A DNA stretch of 64,000 bases from Desulfurococcaceae archaeon (GTDB lineage: Archaea; Thermoproteota; Thermoprotei_A; Sulfolobales; Desulfurococcaceae): assembly GCA_038824035.1 (NCBI GenBank), contig JAWBBW010000007.1:1-64000 (forward strand), in the 5' to 3' direction. This document shows, in pieces, positions 8,854 through 18,288 of the stretch (within the stretch, counting starts at the first letter, position 1; each line of letters opens with the position of its first letter). The notes below the pieces were generated by a model. It searched no databases and had not been told where the DNA came from. It saw only the letters and a program-made list of their open reading frames with translations. The translations under genes and the position numbers were made by a program.

Positions 8854-8968
8854 CGCCGGGGGCGGGATTCGAACCCGCGCACCCCTTTCGGGGCAGTGGG
8901 TCTCTTGCCAAGTTCTACGCTGGAAATGGTCTCGAGCCCACCCCCTTAGGCCGCTCGGGCACCCCGGC
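8854..8968 (-). tRNA. tRNA-Ser(CGA) with 29-nt intron at 37/38 (intron 8902-8930)
   Basis: Cloverleaf GCCGGGG...GTGGG-CTCGAG^A-CCCAC, long variable arm, GGTTCGAATCC T arm, discriminator G; bulge-helix-bulge geometry around the intron. Confidence 0.93.
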
Positions 8969-9067
8969 ATCTAGGTGATATTTCTGATTTCTCCTTAATA
9001 GTTTTAAAATATGGTGAATTCGCCATTTAGATTTTCCATAATATAATATAAAAATAGCTTGCTGAAA

Positions 9068-9133
9068 AGCCCTCGAAGCCAGGGGACTCTTCATCTCTCC
9101 GAAGGTAGTCCCCCGACGGGACTTCATCGGGCT
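9068..9133 (-). ncRNA. Candidate box C/D guide sRNA
   Basis: GC-rich island with terminal stem AGCCC/GGGCT, C ATGAAGT, D' CGGA, C' ATGAAGA, D TCGA; AT-rich TATA-like element upstream and T-run downstream. Confidence 0.6.
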
Positions 9134-9186
9134 ATTACACTATGTATTCTTAGTCCTTAATTAATTTGAAGATCAAGAGGCATATA

Positions 9187-9903
9187 TTATGGCTTCACCG
9201 TGAAATACACTCTTTTCTTATTTTTACCTTTATTTTCCGCCTTTAGGAACACTATTTCACCGATTTCGCCTGTTTTCCTGACATGTGGACCTCCATCAGC
9301 TTGGATATCCACGTTAGGGATCTCAACTATTCTCAACACGTCTATCTCTGGTGGCATTCTGCTGGCCAGTTTCACTATGCCGGGTATTTTCAATGCATCT
9401 TCTCTGCTTAACCAATATATTTTCACCTCCAAATCTCTCTTCACTATCTCATTGGCCTTTTCAATGGCATTTATGAATATCTCCTTATCGAATTTCTCCA
9501 GGTTATAATCATCATATGCTTGATCTGGGCTTATATTTCCACCTGTTATCAGGGCTCCATAATTGCTATACATCACGCCGGACAGTATATGAGCTGCCGT
9601 ATGTAATCTCATTAATTTATATCGTCTCTCCCAGTCTAGGATAAGTTTAACCACAAGGTTCTCAGATAACCCATTCGTGCTTGAAACCCTATGTGCTACA
9701 TCACCTGTCTCCTTATCATAGAAGACCTCTGCCACCTCCACTGATTTTCCATTGAAAATTAAATATCCCTTATCATGATCTACTCCGCCACTTCTTGGGT
9801 GGAAAATGGTTTTATCCAGGAAGACCGTGTCGTTTTTCACATATCTAATACGGGCCTCTATTTCTCTCAAATAAGAATCTCTTTGATACACGAGCTCTGT
9901 CAT
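9187..9903 (-). CDS. alaX: Alanyl-tRNA editing protein AlaX-M
   Basis: TELVYQRDSY, HP-x-SGG-x-D, MRLHTAAH, QADGGPHV, and KGK-x-KR motifs. Confidence 0.93.
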   Translation of the reverse strand: MTELVYQRDSYLREIEARIRYVKNDTVFLDKTIFHPRSGGVDHDKGYLIFNGKSVEVAEVFYDKETGDVAHRVSSTNGLSENLVVKLILDWERRYKLMRLHTAAHILSGVMYSNYGALITGGNISPDQAYDDYNLEKFDKEIFINAIEKANEIVKRDLEVKIYWLSREDALKIPGIVKLASRMPPEIDVLRIVEIPNVDIQADGGPHVRKTGEIGEIVFLKAENKGKNKKRVYFTVKP

Positions 9904-9952
9904 TCAAGCCACCAGTTGATATTTCCCCAGAAACCATAATCCACCCTTGAGA

Positions 9953-10039
9953 TAGCCGGGCGGGGATTCGAACCCCGGTCACGGGGTTTCCCCCTTGTAG
10001 GCCAAAGCCCCGCATCCTTGGCCGCTAGACGACCCGGCT
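9953..10039 (-). tRNA. tRNA-Gln(TTG) with 14-nt intron at 37/38 (intron 9988-10001)
   Basis: AGCCGGG acceptor (A1-U72 typical of archaeal Gln), CGGGG-CTTTGG^A-CCCCG anticodon arm, GGTTCGAATCC T arm. Confidence 0.93.
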
Positions 10040-10144
10040 ATCAATAAGTATTAAAGATATACAGGGGTTTAAATTCTATTCCAAGTACAGGGTGATGATC
10101 AATTTGCTTTATAAGGCATTTTTCATGAAAGCTTTTTAAACGTT

Positions 10145-10160
10145 GCGAAAAATATATAAG
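10145..10160 (+). promoter_or_regulatory. BRE/TATA element upstream of tfb
   Basis: GCGAAAAATATATAAG: purine-rich BRE followed by a TATA box upstream of the TFB ORF. Confidence 0.5.
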
Positions 10161-10207
10161 GGGGTATACGAAAAAGTGTAAAGACTTATTTATTAGGGTG
10201 TTGTTCT

Positions 10208-11167
10208 GTGCTTATTCAAAACAACAACCCCGAGAATCCTTCCACGGAGATCTCTACAACATCCACAATTACGAAGAGATCTCAGTGTCCACAAGACAAG
10301 ATCGTGTTTGATACATCTAAGGCGGAATATATTTGCCTCGAAACAGGTGAAGTCATAGAGGACAAGGTAATCGATGATCGAGCCGAGTGGAGAGCATTCA
10401 CACCTGAGGAAAGGGAGAAAAGGGCGAGGACAGGTGGACCTGTCACAGCTACCGTTCACGACATGGGCTTTGCGACGACCATAGACTATGTGGATAGAGA
10501 TGCTGCTGGTAGAAAACTCGTGGGGAAGAAATATCAATTGACAAAGCTGAGGAAATGGCAAGCTAGGACAAGGATCTTGACAAGCGTGGAGAGGAATCTC
10601 GCGCAAGCTATGAATGAGCTTGACAGAATATCCGATTTGCTAAATTTGCCATCATATATCAGGGAAGAAGCGGCCAGAATATATCGAGAAGCCGTTGATA
10701 AAGGACTCGTAAGAGGTAGAAGTATTGAAAGCATCATAGCCGCCGCCATATACTTAGCGTGTAGAATTAGGAAAATACCGAGATCTCTAGACGAGATTGC
10801 CGATTGTACCAGAGTAGGTAGGAAAGAGGTCGCCAGGTGTTACAGGTTATTACTCAGAGAGCTTGGAATAAGAGTGACAACCGTGGATCCATCCGACTTT
10901 GTTCCGAGAATAGCCCATGCACTTGGATTATCTGGAAATGTCGTGAAAACAGCAATTGAGCTATTAAATAAGGCAAGGGAAACCGGTGTTACCGGAGGCA
11001 AAGACCCGGCCGGGCTTGCAGCGGCCGCTATTTACATAGCATGTGAAACACTTGGAGAAAAGAGAACTCAGAAAGAAATAGCAAGTGTCGTGGGCGTAAC
11101 TGAGGTTACCGTGAGAAACAGGTATAAGGAGTTAGCAAAAGTCCTAGGTATAGAAACCGAGGAGTAG
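10208..11167 (+). CDS. tfb: Transcription initiation factor IIB (TFB1-type)
   Basis: EWRAF...RTG, LRKWQ-x-R, ERNL and two cyclin repeats ([35 protein letters not shown]). Confidence 0.97.
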   Translation: MLIQNNNPENPSTEISTTSTITKRSQCPQDKIVFDTSKAEYICLETGEVIEDKVIDDRAEWRAFTPEEREKRARTGGPVTATVHDMGFATTIDYVDRDAAGRKLVGKKYQLTKLRKWQARTRILTSVERNLAQAMNELDRISDLLNLPSYIREEAARIYREAVDKGLVRGRSIESIIAAAIYLACRIRKIPRSLDEIADCTRVGRKEVARCYRLLLRELGIRVTTVDPSDFVPRIAHALGLSGNVVKTAIELLNKARETGVTGGKDPAGLAAAAIYIACETLGEKRTQKEIASVVGVTEVTVRNRYKELAKVLGIETEE

Positions 11168-11224
11168 CTCTACCGATTCGTGTTAAAAGGACCATGAAAA
11201 ACGAGTTTTTTTAACTTTTTTCTT

Positions 11225-11536
11225 CTAGTCGGTTATTATTATGTTCTCCGGGTTTACCCCGATCTCCTCTATCAATATTTGCCTAACTCTCTGCCTATGA
11301 TCTCCCTGTAATTCTATTCTACCTTCATCCTCTCTATATGTGCCCCCAGTAGCTAGTTTTATCTTTAATATCTTAGCCAATTGCTTTAAGAGTTCTTTAT
11401 CATTAGGCAATCCATTTATCACTGTAACGGCTTTTCCGAATTTTCTGATATCAAGCCTTATCTTTATCAATGGTTGTTCCACTATTAGTTTTTCACATTG
11501 CTCCGGTGCAAGACCTCCACATTCAAGGCTTGCCAT
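11225..11536 (-). CDS. Translation initiation factor aIF1 (SUI1)
   Basis: RKFGKAVTVI...KLATGGT...IELQGDHR. Confidence 0.95.
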   Translation of the reverse strand: MASLECGGLAPEQCEKLIVEQPLIKIRLDIRKFGKAVTVINGLPNDKELLKQLAKILKIKLATGGTYREDEGRIELQGDHRQRVRQILIEEIGVNPENIIITD

Positions 11537-11642
11537 GATTTAATACATCACCATGTACTATAACCTGTACAAGTCTTATTTTAAGATTTAAGGTTTAAAA
11601 ACCTGTAATTAATAGAAACCGGTTTAGTGAAGTGTGATTAAT

Positions 11643-11792
11643 ATGGTCAAGTATAAATGTGGTAGATGTGGACACATATTTGATCATGAAGAGATGCTCA
11701 GGATTTTTGGTAGACAAGTTAAGTGCCCTAAATGTACTTATGAAATAGTGTATAAGACAGCCAAGGTATATAGAATAGTGAAAGCAATTTAA
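11643..11792 (+). CDS. rpoP: RNA polymerase subunit P (Rpo12)
   Basis: Absent from the ORF track. Manual translation MVKYKCGRCGHIF...VKCPKCTYEIVYK...IVKAI, a 49-aa zinc ribbon. Confidence 0.9.
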   Translation: MVKYKCGRCGHIFDHEEMLRIFGRQVKCPKCTYEIVYKTAKVYRIVKAI

Positions 11793-11799
11793 TCCAAGC

Positions 11800-12666
11800 C
11801 TATTCGTAAAAATATTTCAAGTAAAGCCCTGTTATTTCTAGAATCACCTTAGCCGCTAAAAGACTAGTTATATCGTTTACATCGACCAATGGGTTTACCT
11901 CGACCACGTCGATCGCTGTGATATCATCGCAGTTCTCGATCATCTTAGCCAATATATCTAAGAACTGCCATGGCCCTAGCCCGAATGGCTCCGGGTTAGA
12001 AACACCGGGTGCATAAGAGGGGTCGAACACATCCATATCTATGCTTAGGTATACTTTTCCAAGTTTACTCAAATTAATTCTACCACGCATAACATCGACC
12101 ACGTTGAATACATCAGCTCTATCCTTGGCAAACTCCAATTCCTCTTCACTATAAGCCCTAGACCCCAGATGTATGACTCTAAATCCTTCCTCGATCAATT
12201 TTCTGAGAAATGTCGCGTGGTTTACACGTGAATCCATGTATTCGCTTCTCATGTCGAGATGTGCGTCGAAGACTATAATCGTATCTACTTTATCGGAAAA
12301 TGCCTTGGTCAATGGATATGTAATTAAATGTTCTCCTCCTAAGAACACGTTGAGACCACGCAATACACTCTCCGAGATAGCCCTCGCTAAATAGTTTATT
12401 CTATGAAGCGATCCATCGATATCGCCAGGCGGCAACATGATATTACCAAGATCGTTGAATCCCGATCTCTCCAGGCTCAATCCAGTGGTTAGACTGAATA
12501 GCTCTAAATTACATGCTGCATCTCTTATACGATCCGGCGCAAAACGTGAACCAGGCCTATAAGTGCTCGTAACATCAAGTGGAACCCCAAGTACGTTCAC
12601 CGGCGATTTCTCATCGTGTAGACATGCGAATGGCGTTGTCTTTAACAATAAGTTTCGCCACGACAT
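11800..12666 (-). CDS. speB: Agmatinase
   Basis: RPGSRFAP, GGEHLIT, DAHLD, SIDMDVFDP-x-APG motifs. Confidence 0.93.
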   Translation of the reverse strand: MSWRNLLLKTTPFACLHDEKSPVNVLGVPLDVTSTYRPGSRFAPDRIRDAACNLELFSLTTGLSLERSGFNDLGNIMLPPGDIDGSLHRINYLARAISESVLRGLNVFLGGEHLITYPLTKAFSDKVDTIIVFDAHLDMRSEYMDSRVNHATFLRKLIEEGFRVIHLGSRAYSEEELEFAKDRADVFNVVDVMRGRINLSKLGKVYLSIDMDVFDPSYAPGVSNPEPFGLGPWQFLDILAKMIENCDDITAIDVVEVNPLVDVNDITSLLAAKVILEITGLYLKYFYE

Positions 12667-12681
12667 ATATAACTCCTTTTT

Positions 12682-12707
12682 AACGATTTTATTAAACGAT
12701 TTTATTA
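12682..12707. repeat. 13-bp tandem direct repeat in the speB/glyS divergent intergenic region
   Basis: AACGATTTTATTA occurs twice head to tail. Confidence 0.8.
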
Positions 12708-12756
12708 AATCCAGTTAAATCATTATTTAAAAATCACGGTACGAAGAGGTGTAGCA

Positions 12757-14490
12757 ATGACATCTAGGAATGATATATATGATAAGCTAATTGAGCTGGC
12801 TAAGAAAAGGGGCATATTTTGGAATTCTTTCGAGATATATGGCGGGGTTGCCGGGTTCTACGATCTAGGCCCTATAGGTGTCTTGATCAAGAGAAACATC
12901 ATAGATATGTGGTTGCGGAGCTTTGTTTATTCAAACGAATTAGTAGTCGAAATAGAGACGCCTATGATAAATCCAAGAATAGTTTTTGAAGCGAGTGGGC
13001 ATGAAGAACACTTCACAGATCCCGTGCTCGAGTGTTCAAAATGTGGCAGGATCTATAGGGCAGATCATCTGATCAAGGAGGTCGCGGGAATAAATGTGGA
13101 AGGCTTTGCAATAAATGAGTTAAAGGAAATCATCACTAAGAACAATATCAAATGCCCTGAATGCGGAGGCGAATTCAATGATCCATTCAGTGCTCTGTTG
13201 TTATTTAGAACTGAGATAGGCCCCTATAAAGGCGAAGTGGCCTATTTAAGACCTGAACACGCCCAAGGCATGTTCATTAATTTCGCAAATATATTAAGAA
13301 TAACGAGGAATAAATTGCCAATAGGCATAGCACAAGTAGGTAAAGTTGCCAGGAACGAGATCTCCCCGAGACAGGGATTACTCAGACTAAGGGAATTCAC
13401 CATAATGGAATTCGAGTTCTTCTTTGACCCAAGCGATAACAACACGATTTTTGATTACATAGATGATGTTAAAGATGAGAAACTTAGGATCATCACGGTA
13501 GAACTTAGAGAAAAAGGAATAGAAGAACCATTAGAGCTGACAGTACAAGAGCTTATAGATAAAAACATTGTAAAAACCCCATGGCTAGCTTATTGGATGG
13601 GGGTGGGCAATGTGTTCTTGAAGGGGCTTGGCATTCCTGATGAACGTATAAGGTTTGTGGAAAAACTACCACATGAGAGAGCGCATTATTCAGCCCAAAC
13701 ATTTGACCAAGAAGTATATACGCTCAAATATGGATGGATAGAGGTGGCTGGCTATGCATATAGGACTACATATGATTTAGAAAGACATATGAAACATAGC
13801 AACACCGATCTCACGTATTTCAGAAAATATGATGTCCCGGTAGAAAAAACAGTTGAAAGGGCTTATCCAAACCCAGCTATGATAAGAGAGATCTATCGTG
13901 AGAAATTCAATGCAGTGATGGACAAGCTAAGTAGGATCACACCTGAAGAGGTATATGAACAATTGATGAGAAAGGGCTATGTGGAAATAGAGGACATCGT
14001 GATACCGTCTAATTGCTTCTATGTCAAAAGCGAGAAAGTGAAAATATACGGAGAGAAGATAATTCCACATGTAGTTGAGCCTTCCTTTGGCCTTGAACGT
14101 CTTCTCTACGTTGTCATAGAGAATGCCTATACAGAAAGAGATGACAAAGTGGTATTAAAATTGCCCAAATCCATAGCACCTTATCATGTTGCGGTATTTC
14201 CACTTGTAACTGGAAATAAACCTGAGCATCGAAAAATGGTCCTAATCGCCAATGAGATTTACAAGGAACTAGTGTCCAAAGGCTTTAGAACTATATACGA
14301 TGAAAGCGGCAGTATTGGACGTAGATATGCGAGATCGGATGAAATAGGCATACCATATGCTATTACCGTTGATTACCAGACATTAGAGGATAACACCGTT
14401 ACCGTGAGAGATAGAGATACAACCCTTCAAGAGAGAATCAGTAGATTCGAGTTAATTAATTATCTAAGGGCAAAATTTAATTATATCTAA
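12757..14490 (+). CDS. glyS: Glycine--tRNA ligase (alpha2 type)
   Basis: YLRPE, RNEISPRQGLLRLREF, VEPSFG, SIGRRYAR-x-DEIG. Confidence 0.97.
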   Translation: MTSRNDIYDKLIELAKKRGIFWNSFEIYGGVAGFYDLGPIGVLIKRNIIDMWLRSFVYSNELVVEIETPMINPRIVFEASGHEEHFTDPVLECSKCGRIYRADHLIKEVAGINVEGFAINELKEIITKNNIKCPECGGEFNDPFSALLLFRTEIGPYKGEVAYLRPEHAQGMFINFANILRITRNKLPIGIAQVGKVARNEISPRQGLLRLREFTIMEFEFFFDPSDNNTIFDYIDDVKDEKLRIITVELREKGIEEPLELTVQELIDKNIVKTPWLAYWMGVGNVFLKGLGIPDERIRFVEKLPHERAHYSAQTFDQEVYTLKYGWIEVAGYAYRTTYDLERHMKHSNTDLTYFRKYDVPVEKTVERAYPNPAMIREIYREKFNAVMDKLSRITPEEVYEQLMRKGYVEIEDIVIPSNCFYVKSEKVKIYGEKIIPHVVEPSFGLERLLYVVIENAYTERDDKVVLKLPKSIAPYHVAVFPLVTGNKPEHRKMVLIANEIYKELVSKGFRTIYDESGSIGRRYARSDEIGIPYAITVDYQTLEDNTVTVRDRDTTLQERISRFELINYLRAKFNYI

Positions 14491-14519
14491 AGCAGTTTTA
14501 TCAATGGGGTGTAAGCTCT

Positions 14520-14900
14520 TTGAGCGATCAACCGCGAAATGTCGATAAAGAAGGGCCCCAGAAAAAAGTGGACATATCTAAATTAGTATCAATAATACCT
14601 CCTGCATCAGAGGTCCTTGGGAGAAAGGAACAAAAAACAATGGAGAAAAGAGTTAGATTACGGTTTGACAAGAGCATTGACACGTTAATTGCCAAGGTAC
14701 CATCATCATTAGCTAAAATGCTGGGTATTCACGATAACGAAGACGTAGAAGTAATAATTGCTGGTAAAAAGAAATTCACCTTGAAAGCACAGTTATTTGA
14801 TTCCACAGATGTGAATACCGTGCACGTGAATCCAGCTGAATTCGAGAAACAAGGCGTGGCCGATAATAGCATAGCCACGATAAGAAAAGCCAGGAGATAA
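14520..14900 (+). CDS. Conserved hypothetical protein, probable stand-alone double-psi beta-barrel
   Basis: Internal two-fold repeat resembling the CDC48 N-domain; Shine-Dalgarno GGGGTG upstream. Confidence 0.6.
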   Translation: MSDQPRNVDKEGPQKKVDISKLVSIIPPASEVLGRKEQKTMEKRVRLRFDKSIDTLIAKVPSSLAKMLGIHDNEDVEVIIAGKKKFTLKAQLFDSTDVNTVHVNPAEFEKQGVADNSIATIRKARR

Positions 14901-14902
14901 AA

Positions 14903-15292
14903 ATGGATCTTCAATCCTTATTACCGGAATTAAAGAACCTTGTAGATAGTTACGAAGAGCTTCTCGATAAAGGTAAAATAATTCTCTTATCTAGGGAATT
15001 CAGCATTATAGACCAGTTCATATCATTCTTGAGGGAAACTGTAATAAATACCTATAAATTATTGCCATTGGTTAAATCTAAGATACTCGAACAACAGGGC
15101 AGTACGGATAAGCTATACAAATACATATCAACATATTATAGAATGATAACATTAATTGACATACCTTACTTGATTTCAATACTTAAACAAATAGCTGATA
15201 AATTAGAGAAGGAAAATGAAAGAAGAGACTATGAGCAATTGGTTAGAATAATCGATGACATAGAAAAGTTCATGGACACTCTAAGATCCTAA
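14903..15292 (+). CDS. Hypothetical helical protein
   Basis: Operonic with the previous ORF; AGGAG Shine-Dalgarno. Confidence 0.65.
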   Translation: MDLQSLLPELKNLVDSYEELLDKGKIILLSREFSIIDQFISFLRETVINTYKLLPLVKSKILEQQGSTDKLYKYISTYYRMITLIDIPYLISILKQIADKLEKENERRDYEQLVRIIDDIEKFMDTLRS

Positions 15293-16862
15293 CCAACACA
15301 CCCTCCACGTATCTACTGTAAATATTGGTTATTCTTACTAATGCTCGGCAACCACTCGGATTTTTCGTGAATCTTCCGCGGACAAAGACGACTGGGCCAT
15401 GATATACTGGGTATCCATAGATAGCTCCCCTATCACCTTTTAATAAAAAAACCTCTATATCCTTGCCAACAAGGTCTCTCTTTGTAATCATGTTGTAATT
15501 ATTCACAAGCTTTTTTAACGCCATTATTTCATCCTTGTATCGATCCATTGGAGGTATCTTTTCAAACGCCGTGGCTGGCAGTGACATGTATTTATAGAGA
15601 GTTATTTTCTCCACCCCAATATTTGCTAGTTCCTGGATAGCTTTCTTTGTCTTCACATATGTGTCCCTGTCGGCGAAAGGTAGGCTATGCATCAAATATA
15701 CATATGGTCTGAGCCCGTTTTGTATTAATAGCTTACAAGCATCTAGCACATGTCTAAGCATTATAGGCTTACCCAATACATATGTATTGAAGTCGTCGCA
15801 TCCTGTTTCAAGACCTATGTGTACAGTAGTCCACTTAAGGTATTTACCTAGTAATTTAGCAACCTCGTCGTTCACCAAACATGCCTTAAGATTTTCAATC
15901 ATCACTACAACTCTTTTATTACACACCTCTTGAAGCGAGCAAACAGCGTTCAGCAATTCCTCTAATGCGTCTAAGTTCGCCGGAGGATCACATGGATCAG
16001 TAACTGGATCAATAACAATGTCCCTTCCATAATCCAGGAAATCCGGGGCGCTGAGAACTATTCTTCTAGCTCCGTGTGATATCAGGCCTTCTATTTCCTT
16101 TACGATGCTCTTTACAGACCTGCTCCGGGGAGGGCCGAAAACACCTGGAACACTGCAAAATCCACATCCAGGTGGTATTTCAGCTGGACATTTGAGTCTC
16201 TCAGTCATGTCCCGGCTATAACATTTACCACACGATATACAGTTTAAACCACCTTGACCTCTGATCATTGGTCTCCTGAAATTGCTACATCCCCTAACTA
16301 CTTCGACATATATTCTATAAATCCATGGACATTGATACGAGTGATCTATCTTTACCCATGGTTTAATACTTGACAAGATCTCTCTTGGCGTATTGATGTT
16401 TTTAGATGTCAATATAATTTTATCCCCACTTTTATAAGCTAGAGCAGGTATATCGTCATAAGTGTCGTCGTGATCTCTCATTCTCCTCAATAAAATGCTT
16501 AAAGGTATTTCAGCCTCGCCCAAGACCACTATGTCTATTCCAGGGATATGCATCAATAACCATTGATATTCAAAGCCAATGGGTCCTCCGAGGATTATTT
16601 TCCCGGTAAATCCTTTTTTCCTTATCTCACTGACCAGTCTCTCTACAGCTAATTTATCAGTGCTCATAGCTGATATCAATATTAGGTCAAAATTCTTCGT
16701 CATGGATATGTTTTTCACGACGTATTCGTATGGGTATAGTGCTGTCTCGAAATACTCGTTTACAATGCCCGCTACAATTCTCGGTCCACTACCTATAACA
16801 TCCATTGTCGCATATCTTTTACCAGTGCACCGGGCCAGCGCATCTATTACAAGAACTTTCAT
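15270..16862 (-). CDS. B12-binding radical SAM protein with C-terminal TRAM-like domain
   Basis: Likely start at ATG 16862 (MKVLVIDAL). Contains IILGGP and GEAE B12-domain motifs, an interrupted RGC...GCGFC SAM motif, GLETG, and a C-terminal beta domain. Confidence 0.8.
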   Translation of the reverse strand: MKVLVIDALARCTGKRYATMDVIGSGPRIVAGIVNEYFETALYPYEYVVKNISMTKNFDLILISAMSTDKLAVERLVSEIRKKGFTGKIILGGPIGFEYQWLLMHIPGIDIVVLGEAEIPLSILLRRMRDHDDTYDDIPALAYKSGDKIILTSKNINTPREILSSIKPWVKIDHSYQCPWIYRIYVEVVRGCSNFRRPMIRGQGGLNCISCGKCYSRDMTERLKCPAEIPPGCGFCSVPGVFGPPRSRSVKSIVKEIEGLISHGARRIVLSAPDFLDYGRDIVIDPVTDPCDPPANLDALEELLNAVCSLQEVCNKRVVVMIENLKACLVNDEVAKLLGKYLKWTTVHIGLETGCDDFNTYVLGKPIMLRHVLDACKLLIQNGLRPYVYLMHSLPFADRDTYVKTKKAIQELANIGVEKITLYKYMSLPATAFEKIPPMDRYKDEIMALKKLVNNYNMITKRDLVGKDIEVFLLKGDRGAIYGYPVYHGPVVFVRGRFTKNPSGCRALVRITNIYSRYVEGVLVRILECP

Positions 16863-16969
16863 GAATAATCGCTCCCCGGCATAATCTACCTTACTTGTAG
16901 AATCCAACACTATTCTTAAATACCTCTTAAGACATATGCCTATGACAGAATTAAGAGCGAGGGATATCA

Positions 16970-17638
16970 ATGAGCGAGCAACCAGAGAGTACGTCACTCG
17001 TTGAACTAACTGTCACAGAGCACATGGTCAATATATGTAGAGTTATTAAAGACGAGTTAGTAAATTTGATCACATTACTCAGATTGCAGGGATCACAAGA
17101 CGATTATAAAAAACTATATGAAAAAATAAGGGAGATAAAGAATCGCGGGGAGGAAATGAAGATCTTGTTAATGGAGTACTTAGTTAAAAGTAGCGAGATA
17201 ATGATGTACTCGAGAAGTTACATAGAGATCGTGAGGTCGTTGGAAAGGATAATTCAACACATCGATGGCGTTGCATATAGATATCTCCTCATAGTTGAGA
17301 GTAGAATCATAATAGGGCAAGACACAATAGATAAGCTCCTAAACATGATAGATATGATTATGAAACAATTAGATGCAGTGGAGAGCTCCATTGATAAGAT
17401 CAGGATATCGCCTAGAAAAGCTTTGGAAACCCTCGATCATGTGATCAAAATCGAGGAAGATGTCGATAACATGTTCAGGAGGAATATATTTGAAATTTAC
17501 AGCAAGTACTCAGGCTATATAACGGCGTTAATGATATTAAAAGATCTCGTTGAATATATCGAAGAGATCAGCGATATAATGAGAATTGTTGGTGAAGAAC
17601 TACGATACCTAGCCCTGGTGAAAACAAGCTCACTTTAA
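16970..17638 (+). CDS. DUF47/PhoU-like phosphate transport regulator
   Basis: Helical repeat protein with IEEDVD and EEISD motifs. Confidence 0.7.
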   Translation: MSEQPESTSLVELTVTEHMVNICRVIKDELVNLITLLRLQGSQDDYKKLYEKIREIKNRGEEMKILLMEYLVKSSEIMMYSRSYIEIVRSLERIIQHIDGVAYRYLLIVESRIIIGQDTIDKLLNMIDMIMKQLDAVESSIDKIRISPRKALETLDHVIKIEEDVDNMFRRNIFEIYSKYSGYITALMILKDLVEYIEEISDIMRIVGEELRYLALVKTSSL

Positions 17639-17688
17639 ACCACGACTTTAGAAACTGTTATGCCCACATCCTATACAATAGGGCCATT

Positions 17689-18192
17689 GTGTTCGATTAT
17701 ATATGTGCTAACAATATTTATTGGAACGGATATTATGGCTCTTTTCTAGGGGAATATAAACCTAGGTCTAAAAATATACAAGCACCATTAGAGTTATCAT
17801 TGATAGAGGCTTTATATCTAAGTAAGAACTATTCCCTTAATGTTATCAAGGGAACTACGATACTCACGATAGATGAATTAGAAGAAATTGGTAGACACTT
17901 TGTCAGAAGGTTCACAGAACTCTATGCCGTGTATGAGGACCTTAGGAAAAGAGGGTTTATAGTTAGAAGAGGTCTTAAGTTCGGTTGCGATTACCTGGTA
18001 TACAGGTATGGTCCCGGAATAGATCACGCGCCCTACGGGGTCCAAGTATATGCAGGCAATGAAGAGTTAGATCCCATAGAGCTGGTTAGAATGGGTCGAT
18101 TACTGCATTCTGTTAGGAAAAGATTGATCATAGCAATATATCTAAAGACGAATTGTATAAAATACTATATACTGAATTGGTGGAAACCATAG
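17689..18192 (+). CDS. endA: tRNA-intron endonuclease, catalytic subunit
   Basis: LELSLIEALYL, VYEDLRKRG, GLKFG-x-DYLVY, IDHAP, HSVRK (Y/H/K triad). True start may lie upstream. Confidence 0.92.
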   Translation: MFDYICANNIYWNGYYGSFLGEYKPRSKNIQAPLELSLIEALYLSKNYSLNVIKGTTILTIDELEEIGRHFVRRFTELYAVYEDLRKRGFIVRRGLKFGCDYLVYRYGPGIDHAPYGVQVYAGNEELDPIELVRMGRLLHSVRKRLIIAIYLKTNCIKYYILNWWKP

Positions 18193-18288
18193 GTTTATTG
18201 AAACTTATAAACCAGTTTACGAATTCATATATATGAGGTCGTCGACTGGTGTGAAACCGCGCTGTTCTAAGAACAAGGTGTAATAGAT

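Noticed and set aside
8730-9127. ORFs 8730-8978 and 8915-9127
   Set aside because: They are translations of the tRNA-Ser gene and the neighbouring sRNA.
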